The notes beneath the pieces are model-generated. The model saw only the letters and a program-made list of their open reading frames with translations, was not told where the DNA came from and ran no database searches. A stretch of 35,505 nt of DNA from contig MGHC01000011.1 in NCBI GenBank assembly GCA_001793015.1, positions 18,604-54,108 on the forward strand, in the 5' to 3' direction. Position numbers and translations under genes: made by a program. Source of the stretch: Candidatus Woesebacteria bacterium RIFCSPLOWO2_01_FULL_39_10 (GTDB lineage Bacteria > Patescibacteriota > Microgenomatia > UBA8517). Of this stretch, positions 8,783-17,432 are shown in pieces. The stretch's first letter is position 1. Every line of letters starts with the position of its first letter.

Positions 8783-9999
8783 ATATTTTAATTCCAAATG
8801 CCACAGGGCCTACAAATCTCGGGGATCATACCATGCTCGAAGTATTGCTGGATCTTATTGAGTCGACGAAAGGAAAGAAAAAATTAATGATACATACGAA
8901 AAATCCTGAGCTATATGAAAGAAAATATGCGAGGATTATCGCACCGAGTATTTATCACTATGTTGCCCTGAGTAAAATAAATTTAATTGTAAGAACTCTT
9001 CGAATGATAAAAATACTTATGTATTCACAAATAGTAAAAAATAGATCTAGACCATTCATCTCGAAGCGAAGTGACACAGCGGTAAAAATTATGAATGATT
9101 ATATACAAGCTGATGTAATTATTTTTGCGGGCGGCGGATATCTCAGGTCACAAAAAGGCATGAGACAGTCATTGAACTTACTGCTGCAGTTAGTTCCGTT
9201 CATCGTCGCAAAAAGCGTTAAACGTAAGATAATAGTTGCTCCAAATAGTTTTGGACCTTTTGCCTATCACTGGCAGCTAAAACTTACAGCCAAAGTTCTA
9301 AATGATTGCGACGTGGTCGCCGTTCGGGAAGAAAAATCTTATACATTAATGAAATCATACGGAGTAAAAAATCTTCATCTTTTGAACGATTTAGCGTTAC
9401 TTGTTAAAAAAACCAAACCCACCAATAAGAAGAATAAAATTATTGGATTTACTATAAGAAACTGGCTGCGCAGTCGTGTTGAGCAAGACAAGCTCGAGTT
9501 TTCATACGCACATGCTCTTACGCGATTATCCAAGCGTACTGGGGTTACGATTCAGCCTATTATTCAAGTCGCCTCTCCGGATTTTCCCTTCGAAGATGAT
9601 AAGGAAGCAGTCCGGCGAGTATATAACCGACTTCGCGATGGACATGTCCCTGTGTCAGTCCCAATTAAACTTAAATCCGTGAAGCATGCCGCCAATGTAT
9701 ACGGATGTTTAGATTTACTTCTTGGTATGAGAATGCATTCAAATATTTTAGCAGCAACTCAAGGAGTACCGTTTGTTGCAGTGAGTTATGAGCACAAGAC
9801 CCACGGCATTACAAAGCAGATTGGCATGGAAAAGTATTGTATCTCATGTGAGAAGATAGACGGCGATGTTCTGTATAAGCTTCTCATGGTAGTCTATCGA
9901 AACCGTAAGCGACTCAGGGATCAATTAATAACAAACGTTGCGTCTATTAGAAGCATCGGTATCAACGAGTGGCAATCATTGCTTTCTAAAACAAACTAA
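8779..9999 (+). CDS. Polysaccharide pyruvyltransferase (WcaK/CsaB family)
   Basis: NLGD, GGGYL, SFGPF, VREEKS, DLALL, GMRMHSNI, SYEHK. Confidence 0.9.
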   Translation: MNILIPNATGPTNLGDHTMLEVLLDLIESTKGKKKLMIHTKNPELYERKYARIIAPSIYHYVALSKINLIVRTLRMIKILMYSQIVKNRSRPFISKRSDTAVKIMNDYIQADVIIFAGGGYLRSQKGMRQSLNLLLQLVPFIVAKSVKRKIIVAPNSFGPFAYHWQLKLTAKVLNDCDVVAVREEKSYTLMKSYGVKNLHLLNDLALLVKKTKPTNKKNKIIGFTIRNWLRSRVEQDKLEFSYAHALTRLSKRTGVTIQPIIQVASPDFPFEDDKEAVRRVYNRLRDGHVPVSVPIKLKSVKHAANVYGCLDLLLGMRMHSNILAATQGVPFVAVSYEHKTHGITKQIGMEKYCISCEKIDGDVLYKLLMVVYRNRKRLRDQLITNVASIRSIGINEWQSLLSKTN

Positions 10000-10004
10000 A
10001 AAAT

Positions 10005-11183
10005 ATGAAAATAGCCAATATTATTTGTTCTACAAAAAACGATAAAGTTGTTTTATCAGGACAGCTAATCTTAGATAGCGGTAAGAAACACGATATCTAT
10101 TTTGAGGTCGATGCGGAGTTTGAAAGGTATCTTTCTAAGGACGCGACTCCATTTATACCTCTCGCACTCCCTATTTCAATGAGAAAAAGAGAAGACCTAG
10201 AGGTGACTGATGCTTCTTCGAAAGTTATATCTAAGACTTCAAAAATCATGAGCATATTAAAGGGTTGGAATACGGGATTTAATAGAATCACAATCAAGTC
10301 GAAGAGTGCAAAGAAAAGCATAAGGCGAGTAAGTAACGTCGGATGTTTCTTTTCAGGTGGCGTTGACTCTTTTTATACGTATTTAAAGAACAAAAAAAAG
10401 ATAGACTTTTTAATATTTGTACATGGTTTTGATATCAGCACACAAAATACAGATTTCTATAAAAATGTTCAGAAAAATATAGTTCAAATATCAGAAAAAG
10501 AAAAAATCAAAATAATTAGGGTTAAAACCAATCTGCGGGAAACTCTAGAGCAATATTTCGACTGGGATATGGCTCATGAATTCGGACTAGCTAGTGTCTC
10601 CCTCTTTTTAAGCCGAGGATTGGGGGAAGTGTATATGTCTTGTGGCCAAACAAGTATTGGTGCGGATCATCATTACATGACTCCGGAGTTAGATACTCTT
10701 TGGTCAACGGAAACGATGAAAGTGAATCATTACGGGTGTACTGCTGACAAAATTAAAAAACTTAAATTTTTGTCTAATTTCGATATCGTAATGGAGACGT
10801 TACGGGTATGTTGGGTCAATACGTATGGACAATATAATTGTAGTGAGTGTGAAAAGTGTTTTAGAAATATGCTCGCTCTTTATGCAACGAATTCCTTGGA
10901 AAAATGCAAAACCTTTGAAAAACCGATTAACACAGAAAAGCTCAGGAAAATTAAGGTAAATCCATACGTTTTACGATACTTTGTTTCTGTATTAAACGTT
11001 TTAAAAATGAAAAAAGATAGATCGCAGATTCGCTACGCGCTGGAAGAATTTGTAACAAATAACAGGCATCCGTCATCGTTTCAAAAGTTTGTGAGAAAAT
11101 TAAGATCTTTTGTTTCAAAACTTGATAAAACCTATAACCATCATAGATTATATTGGTTTTTAGCTAGTAGGGGTTATGCTTAA
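10005..11183 (+). CDS. QueC-like PP-loop (adenine nucleotide alpha hydrolase) protein with Cys cluster
   Basis: CFFSGGVDS PP-loop; C-terminal RVCW..YNCSECEKC. Confidence 0.7.
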   Translation: MKIANIICSTKNDKVVLSGQLILDSGKKHDIYFEVDAEFERYLSKDATPFIPLALPISMRKREDLEVTDASSKVISKTSKIMSILKGWNTGFNRITIKSKSAKKSIRRVSNVGCFFSGGVDSFYTYLKNKKKIDFLIFVHGFDISTQNTDFYKNVQKNIVQISEKEKIKIIRVKTNLRETLEQYFDWDMAHEFGLASVSLFLSRGLGEVYMSCGQTSIGADHHYMTPELDTLWSTETMKVNHYGCTADKIKKLKFLSNFDIVMETLRVCWVNTYGQYNCSECEKCFRNMLALYATNSLEKCKTFEKPINTEKLRKIKVNPYVLRYFVSVLNVLKMKKDRSQIRYALEEFVTNNRHPSSFQKFVRKLRSFVSKLDKTYNHHRLYWFLASRGYA

Positions 11184-11286
11184 GAAAATATTATTTCCTT
11201 TTTAAAGAATATTTAGGACTATTGGATACGCGCTATTTTAATAGAAAGATTTTTTACGCTTTAAGTAAGTGGGGTTATATTTAAAT

Positions 11287-12891
11287 ATGAAAATAATTAA
11301 GAAAATATTTAAACCAGTATTTTTTATTCTTTTTTTGCTTTTTACTGTTTCAATATTGGCACTGAGTATACGTGGAGTTTATGGAAATCCAACTACAGAA
11401 ACACTTAATTCTTTATATTTCAAAGACGATGGGCCGTTAGAGTTATCTCCGGAAAAAGGGAGATTTGCGTTGATTTACTCATTGATCGAAGATAAATCAT
11501 TCCATTTTTCATTACCTGTGGCAAAAACTGTTACACCGGATTTGGGATATCAGGATGGTAAATATGTTTCTTTGTTCGACCCAGGAGTATCAATAATTGC
11601 TGCTCCGGGATATATTATTGGTAAGTATTTTAATGTATCGCAGTTTGGTAGTTTTGCAGTGATTGCTCTTTTTGCTTTAGCTAACGCCCTTCTTATTATG
11701 GGAGTTGCCAAAAAACTAGGTGCAAACGGGATTGCTTCTTCGTTGGCCGGATTGGTTTTTCTTTTTGGGACACCCGCCTTTGCATATGCCGTTACTTTAT
11801 ATCAACATCATGTAACAGTTTTCCTCATGCTTTTGAGCATATTCTTACTTGTGAAATACAAAGGAATTTTGCCATTATTTTTCGTTTGGATTTTGGTCGT
11901 GGGTTCTCTGATAGCAGATTATCCGAATTTTTTCTTATTTCTGCCGATAGGTATATATGCGCTGGGCAGGGTGTTTCCGATTGAAGATATAGATAATCGC
12001 GTGAAATTAAATATTAAAATATTAGGTCTTATAAGTTTCATTACAATCCTGATTCCTGTATCACTTTTTTTGTGGGTACATAAAGTATCTTATGGAGACC
12101 CACTGCAATTGGCGGGTACTGTACGGTCAGTAAAGGATTTTGATGTAGACGGTAGTCCTTTATTTAGAGAAGATTTATTAAGAAGGGAAGGTAAAGTGCT
12201 GGAAGCCGAAACCTTAAATAAGGGAAAAACCCCCATTGGTTTTTTCAAAACAAGAAACTTTATAAAAGGTTTGTATCTGCATCTAGTAAGTGATGAAAGA
12301 GGAATTTTAGTATTTACTCCCGTGCTGTTATTATCCTTAATCGGAATTTATTATTCTTATGTAAAAATACCCAAGGTAACAGCGCTTCTCTTGGCTTTGA
12401 TTGGGATGAATATCGCAGTATATTCAATGTGGGGAGACCCTTGGGGAGGTTGGGCTTTTGGGTCACGCTATCTAATACCCTCATACGCACTTTTATCGAT
12501 ATTTGTAGCGTTTACTTTGACAAAATTCAGAGGAAGAGGATTGGTTTTAATTCTATTTCTCGTATTAGCAGCTTACTCTATTTCGGTAAGTACCTTGGGG
12601 GCTCTTACTTCAAATAAAATTCCTCCGAAAGTCGAAGCTGTTGCACTGGAACCAATTTCTGGAAAAAAGGAACATTATACATATCTTCGAAATTGGGAGT
12701 TTTTAAGTAATAACGGTTCAAAGTCATTTGTTTTTCAAACATTTGGGAAGGATTATGTAACCGCACGACAATACTTTTTTATGGTTGTCGGGTCAATAAT
12801 TATAGTTATGACCGGACAAATTATTTATTTGTATTTGACTGCTAGAAAGGACCCTCCTTCGCGTAAAGCTACGGAGGGCGAGAGGATTTGA
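11287..12891 (+). CDS. Multi-pass membrane protein, GT-C glycosyltransferase-like
   Basis: Many TM segments, N-terminal loop PDLGYQDGKYVSLFDPG, WGGWAFGSRYLIP; ATG 11287 preferred over GTG 11269. Confidence 0.65.
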   Translation: MKIIKKIFKPVFFILFLLFTVSILALSIRGVYGNPTTETLNSLYFKDDGPLELSPEKGRFALIYSLIEDKSFHFSLPVAKTVTPDLGYQDGKYVSLFDPGVSIIAAPGYIIGKYFNVSQFGSFAVIALFALANALLIMGVAKKLGANGIASSLAGLVFLFGTPAFAYAVTLYQHHVTVFLMLLSIFLLVKYKGILPLFFVWILVVGSLIADYPNFFLFLPIGIYALGRVFPIEDIDNRVKLNIKILGLISFITILIPVSLFLWVHKVSYGDPLQLAGTVRSVKDFDVDGSPLFREDLLRREGKVLEAETLNKGKTPIGFFKTRNFIKGLYLHLVSDERGILVFTPVLLLSLIGIYYSYVKIPKVTALLLALIGMNIAVYSMWGDPWGGWAFGSRYLIPSYALLSIFVAFTLTKFRGRGLVLILFLVLAAYSISVSTLGALTSNKIPPKVEAVALEPISGKKEHYTYLRNWEFLSNNGSKSFVFQTFGKDYVTARQYFFMVVGSIIIVMTGQIIYLYLTARKDPPSRKATEGERI

Positions 12892-12892
12892 T

Positions 12893-14548
12893 ATGAAAAT
12901 GCCAAATTTCACCCTAAGTTTATCAATTCAAAAACATACACTTAGTAACATCCAAAACTGGATTGAAAGAAATGCATTGAGCCTTATTGTTTTTGTTTTA
13001 ACAATTCTTTCAATTTTATTGTTTCTCTTTTATTACCTCAACGGATTGGGGTTGGCGTATAACGATGCCAGGTCTCACTTAGACATAGGGCGCCGAGTTG
13101 TTGAAGGATTGAAACCCGGAATCGCTCAATTAGGATCTGTCTGGCTACCTCTTCCCCATGTATTAATGATTCCAACCATTTGGATTGATATTTTCTGGCA
13201 TTCTGGATTATCAGGAGCATTGGTTTCCATGGTTTCATTCGTTTCAATGGGAGTGATTATTTACCTTTTCCTAAAAAGTTTGGGAGCGGGGCTTTTAGGA
13301 AGATTTTTTGGAGTTATTGTGTTCGTCGCCAACTTAAACATTTTGTATCTTCAATCAACGGCTATGACGGAACTTCTTCTAATGGCAACGATGACGATAG
13401 GATGCTATTACCTACTTCTTTGGGCGAAAAAGGAGGAAGTACTTTATTTGATTAAATCAGCATTTTTTATAATGCTCTCGACACTAACTCGTTACGACGG
13501 ATGGTTTTTATTTTTATTTGCGGCATTATTAGTTGCCGTAAAAGTTCTCATTAAACACGGATTTAAAATAAGTCTTGGGCAATTGAAAGAAGTTTACCAA
13601 GAAACCGAAGGGAAGCTTATTCTTTTTTCAACTCTGGCGGGTTTCGGTATAGCTTTGTGGTTTTTGTGGAACTTAGTGATTTTTAAAGATCCTTTGTATT
13701 TTGCATTCGGCCCTTTCTCGGCTCGCACCCAGCAAGCCCAGCTTGAAGCCGCAGGAGAATTGCACACGAAATACAACATCGTTTTATCAACAGTTCTTTA
13801 TCTTTATGCACTAATTTACAATTCATATGCCTTCACGGTCATCTTAGGGCTTTTTGGATTGATTGCCTTGTGGTTTTCAAAAATTAAAACAGAGATAAAA
13901 GTTGCGGCAATGGCACTTCTTGCCCCTTTGTTTTTTAATGTCCTGGCCTTATTTTTAGGTCACTCTGTTTTGTTTATTCAAGGAATCTCAGGAAATACTT
14001 GGTTTAATGTCCGATATGGAATTATGCTTCTTCCGGCAATTGCTGTATTTACAGGATTTCTGGTTGATAAATTAAAAAACTTGCGGTGGACTTTTATTGG
14101 ACTGTTTGCTTTTACAACGTTTTTTGCATTCTCAAGCGGAGATTCTGTTGCAATCGATGATGCAAGAGTAGGATCAAGCCAGAAAAACGTTACTGAAGTC
14201 TCAGGCTGGCTTTCGAGAAATGCAAAGGATAGGACCGGTTTTATATTAATTTCAGCAGCATCCCATGATGCAATAATTTTTTCTTCAGGACTTCCTATGA
14301 AAAAATTTATTCACGAAGGAACCGGAGCGTATTGGGAGTCGGCCACAACAGCACCTGACAGATGGGCCCGCTGGATTGTAATGCGGACACATGACGACAA
14401 TGATTTAGTTTGGAAGGACGTAAGTCGCTCAGAAGGATTCAAAAAATATATTCTTGTTGACAGTTATCCTTTCGCAGATATTTACGAATTGGATGAAAAA
14501 TACCTTGGGGATTTAAATACAGGACCTACATTTGGTAAACAAAAATGA
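12893..14548 (+). CDS. GT-C glycosyltransferase (PMT/ArnT-like)
   Basis: Acidic first loop YNDARSHL, WLPLPH, AMTE, TRYDGW, NVRYG; multi-TM with a soluble C-terminal domain. Confidence 0.75.
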   Translation: MKMPNFTLSLSIQKHTLSNIQNWIERNALSLIVFVLTILSILLFLFYYLNGLGLAYNDARSHLDIGRRVVEGLKPGIAQLGSVWLPLPHVLMIPTIWIDIFWHSGLSGALVSMVSFVSMGVIIYLFLKSLGAGLLGRFFGVIVFVANLNILYLQSTAMTELLLMATMTIGCYYLLLWAKKEEVLYLIKSAFFIMLSTLTRYDGWFLFLFAALLVAVKVLIKHGFKISLGQLKEVYQETEGKLILFSTLAGFGIALWFLWNLVIFKDPLYFAFGPFSARTQQAQLEAAGELHTKYNIVLSTVLYLYALIYNSYAFTVILGLFGLIALWFSKIKTEIKVAAMALLAPLFFNVLALFLGHSVLFIQGISGNTWFNVRYGIMLLPAIAVFTGFLVDKLKNLRWTFIGLFAFTTFFAFSSGDSVAIDDARVGSSQKNVTEVSGWLSRNAKDRTGFILISAASHDAIIFSSGLPMKKFIHEGTGAYWESATTAPDRWARWIVMRTHDDNDLVWKDVSRSEGFKKYILVDSYPFADIYELDEKYLGDLNTGPTFGKQK

Positions 14549-15804
14549 TTAAGACTAAATTCGCTTTAATAACTTTAATAGTAACGCTGGCAGTCATAAT
14601 GACAGTATTTTTACGTTCCTCGAATTTTTCCCGGGTTGCGTCAGTAACAGATAGCCAAAAAGTGTGGTGGGAAGTTCAGTCTATCGATACTGTTAAGTAC
14701 TCGCGTGATATTGCAAGAGAAAAAGCAAATGATGTTTCTTTTGATTTGGTAATTGATAAACAGGTTTCATTAATTGCAGGGACAGGTGCTACCCATATAG
14801 CAATTGGTACTCCATACGATGCGGAATTTTTACCTTTTATGAAGCGGTGGGTTTCAACTGCAAGAAAATATGGTTTAAAAGTTTGGTTCAGGGGGAATTT
14901 AGCAGGATGGGAAAGTTGGTTTGGTTACCCGAGAATATCAAAAGAAGAACATATCGAAAAAACTAAAGAGTTTATCTTGTCTAATGGGGAATTGTTTGAA
15001 GACGGAGACGTTTTTAGTTCCTGTCCTGAATGTGAGAATGGTGCACTGGGCGATCCGAGGCTAACAGGCGACGTTCGCGGTTATAGAAAATTTTTAATCG
15101 ATGAATATAAGGTGACAAACGATTCTTTCAGAAAAGTCGGGAAAAACGTGCGGTCTAACTTTATTCCTATGAATGGTGATGTCGCTAATCTTGTTATGGA
15201 CAAGGAAACTACAAAAGCTCTTGGCGGAATTGTTGTTATTGATCATTATGTTGCAACACCTGAAGGGCTTGCGGCTGATGTAAAAAAAATTGCCCAAAGA
15301 AGCGGTGGAAGGGTCGTCCTTGGCGAATTCGGCGCCCCAATTCCTGATATCCATGGAAATTTTTCTGAGCTCGAACAATATATTTGGGTTCAAGATTCTT
15401 TAGAAAGGTTGTCAGAGGTTAATGATTTAATAGGAGTAAATTATTGGGTCTCTTTTGGAGGAAGCACTAAATTATGGAATGATGATGGGTCCGAAAGAAT
15501 AGTTGTTGGAGTTCTTGAAACTTTTTTCAAGCCTAAAATGTTGACTGGAAAAATTGTAAATCAGATCCAAAAGCCTGTTGAAGGAGCAAAGGTTAACGTT
15601 GGAATAAAAACTACAATAACAAATGAAAACGGAGAGTTTACAATTCCTTATCTTTCCAACGAGGCGATGCTCAAAGTTGAAAAGGATGGTTATTTTCAAA
15701 GCCAGATAGCAGTTGGTGCGGTTAAAGGGCAAATAATCCTTATTCGAAATCCTGAGAATTTTATATTCAAAATTGAGAAATTTTTCTTTAACCTGTTTAA
15801 GTGA
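14545..15804 (+). CDS. Membrane-anchored or secreted glycoside hydrolase-like protein (clan GH-A-like) with C-terminal carboxypeptidase-regulatory-like domain
   Basis: N-terminal hydrophobic helix; ARKYGLKVW, CPECENG, VIDHY, VLGEFG, GVNYW; tail GKIV..PVEGAKV..TNENGEF..KDGY. Confidence 0.65.
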   Translation: MIKTKFALITLIVTLAVIMTVFLRSSNFSRVASVTDSQKVWWEVQSIDTVKYSRDIAREKANDVSFDLVIDKQVSLIAGTGATHIAIGTPYDAEFLPFMKRWVSTARKYGLKVWFRGNLAGWESWFGYPRISKEEHIEKTKEFILSNGELFEDGDVFSSCPECENGALGDPRLTGDVRGYRKFLIDEYKVTNDSFRKVGKNVRSNFIPMNGDVANLVMDKETTKALGGIVVIDHYVATPEGLAADVKKIAQRSGGRVVLGEFGAPIPDIHGNFSELEQYIWVQDSLERLSEVNDLIGVNYWVSFGGSTKLWNDDGSERIVVGVLETFFKPKMLTGKIVNQIQKPVEGAKVNVGIKTTITNENGEFTIPYLSNEAMLKVEKDGYFQSQIAVGAVKGQIILIRNPENFIFKIEKFFFNLFK

Positions 15805-15929
15805 AGCCTCCCCAAGCACGGAGCTTGGGGCATCTTTTTTTAAGATAGTCGCTTTCAGCGACAGGCTCCTATCCTAGGTTCATTCACCCCCGAGTGAGGA
15901 GACTCGGGGAATTCTGAAACTAGTCTTAA
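15801..15929. mobile_element. Non-coding multi-hairpin element, possibly a non-autonomous IS200/IS605-like (MITE/PATE) unit
   Basis: GC-rich hairpins at 15810-15830, 15848-15862 and 15888-15909 in AT-rich surroundings; TTAA on both sides. Confidence 0.5.
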
Positions 15930-15935
15930 ATCAAT

Positions 15936-15964
15936 TTGCATCTTAAATCCTATAGTGATATAAT
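15936..15964 (+). promoter_or_regulatory. sigma70 promoter (extended -10) of the SAF oxidoreductase gene
   Basis: TTGCAT, 17 bp, TATAAT with upstream TG. Confidence 0.7.
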
Positions 15965-16016
15965 CACTCGATACTGTTTACAATCTGCCCCAAGGTAAAC
16001 TGCCGCAAACTTAAAA

Positions 16017-17345
16017 ATGTACGATTATATTTGGAAATTATTGGAAAAGAGGGAAAAGCCTATAGACGTAATTGTCGCGGGCTTAGGCTTTATGGGTTTT
16101 GGTTTTGTGAGTGCTGTAAGGAATGTTGTTGGAATGCGCGTTCCTCTTCTTATTTCAAGACGCCCAAAGGAATCAAAAAAGTATCTTGAAGAGCGAGGAT
16201 TCAAAGTCAAAATTGAGAGTAACCCGCAAAAAATAAAGGACTTTGCAGATAAGGGCTACATTTGTGTCTCCGATGATCTTTCATTAATTGAAACTTATGA
16301 AAATGAAGTTGTTCTGGAAATGACAGGTACTGTTGCCTACGGAACTGAGATTGGACTCCGAACGGTAAAAGCAAGAAAACACTTTATAACTATGAACCCG
16401 GAATTACAGGAAGTCGCTGGTACGGAACTTAAAAAACTAGCCGATCTTTATGGTGTAGTTATTACTGACGTTGTGGGTGACCAACCCGGAAGCCTGACTC
16501 GTATGATTTCTCAGGCAAAAATGCAAGGGTTCAAAGTTCTTGTTGCTGGAAACATGAAGCGATATATGGATAGGCATGCAACCCAGGTTAAAATGCAGCC
16601 ATGGGCCGACGACAAAGGTCTTAACGTTCGTCAAACAGTATCTTTTACTGACGGAACCAAGCAATCAATCGAGATGAGTTTGGTTGCAAATTATCTGGGA
16701 ATGGACCTACTTCAGTTTGGAATGAAAGGGCCTCAGGTCGAGGATATAAAAGAAGTACTAGATAAATTTAACTGGAATGAAATCCCCGAAGGCGGAATCG
16801 TTGACTATGTAATAGGTTTGAAGCTTTTCCCGGGAATTTTTTTGATAGTTGAACATAAAGATCCTCACCAAGCGAAATATTTAAGATATCTTGGATTGGG
16901 AGACGGCCCCCGATATGTACTTTTTGAACCATATCACCTTTGTCACTTGGATGTTGCAGGAACAATTGCTAAGGTAGTCCTTTTTAGGCAAGAGACGATA
17001 AATAACAGTACTAATCCAAGGACTAAAACTATAGCCGTCGCTAAATTCGATCTTAAAAAAGGTCAAAAGCTGGACGGAATCGGTGGAAACTTGGTATACG
17101 GGAATATAGATAAGATTGAATCTTCGGATGGATTTCTGCCTGTAGGTTTATCTGATGGGGCTATATTGAAAAATGACATCCATCAAGATCAACCGATTAA
17201 ACTAATTGATGTAGATCTGCCTGATAATGCAGCCACAAGACTTCTTGGGTTTTTAACACAAAGCAATAGTAATGGTGAAAATTTTGAAGAAAAAAAAGTG
17301 GAAAGACGCCCCACATGGTTAAGAGCGTTACATATTTTGGGATAA
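16017..17345 (+). CDS. NAD(P)-dependent oxidoreductase with C-terminal SAF domain (homoserine dehydrogenase-like)
   Basis: GLGFMG Rossmann motif, EMTG, MNPE, GDQPG, SFTDGTK, PYHLCHL, AKFDLKKGQKLDGIGG, LPVGL. Confidence 0.85.
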   Translation: MYDYIWKLLEKREKPIDVIVAGLGFMGFGFVSAVRNVVGMRVPLLISRRPKESKKYLEERGFKVKIESNPQKIKDFADKGYICVSDDLSLIETYENEVVLEMTGTVAYGTEIGLRTVKARKHFITMNPELQEVAGTELKKLADLYGVVITDVVGDQPGSLTRMISQAKMQGFKVLVAGNMKRYMDRHATQVKMQPWADDKGLNVRQTVSFTDGTKQSIEMSLVANYLGMDLLQFGMKGPQVEDIKEVLDKFNWNEIPEGGIVDYVIGLKLFPGIFLIVEHKDPHQAKYLRYLGLGDGPRYVLFEPYHLCHLDVAGTIAKVVLFRQETINNSTNPRTKTIAVAKFDLKKGQKLDGIGGNLVYGNIDKIESSDGFLPVGLSDGAILKNDIHQDQPIKLIDVDLPDNAATRLLGFLTQSNSNGENFEEKKVERRPTWLRALHILG

Positions 17346-17367
17346 TATCAAACTTGAAAGATTCAAT

Positions 17368-17396
17368 TTGCAATCACAATCCTATAATGATACAAT
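17368..17396 (+). promoter_or_regulatory. sigma70 promoter (extended -10) of the sortase substrate/sortase pair
   Basis: TTGCAA, 17 bp, TACAAT with upstream TG. Confidence 0.7.
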
Positions 17397-17432
17397 AATG
17401 TAGTAATCTGCCTTTTCGCCTGCTTCCAAAAA

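Noticed and set aside
10005-11183. Calling the PP-loop gene queC or a Qat/Dpd-type defence gene
   Set aside because: It is longer than QueC, has an extra N-terminal region and lacks que, dpd, TatD or ATPase neighbours; the context is polysaccharide
15801-15929. Riboswitch or tRNA interpretation of the structured intergenic region
   Set aside because: No cloverleaf or aptamer consensus I can recognise, and it lies upstream of the next gene's promoter
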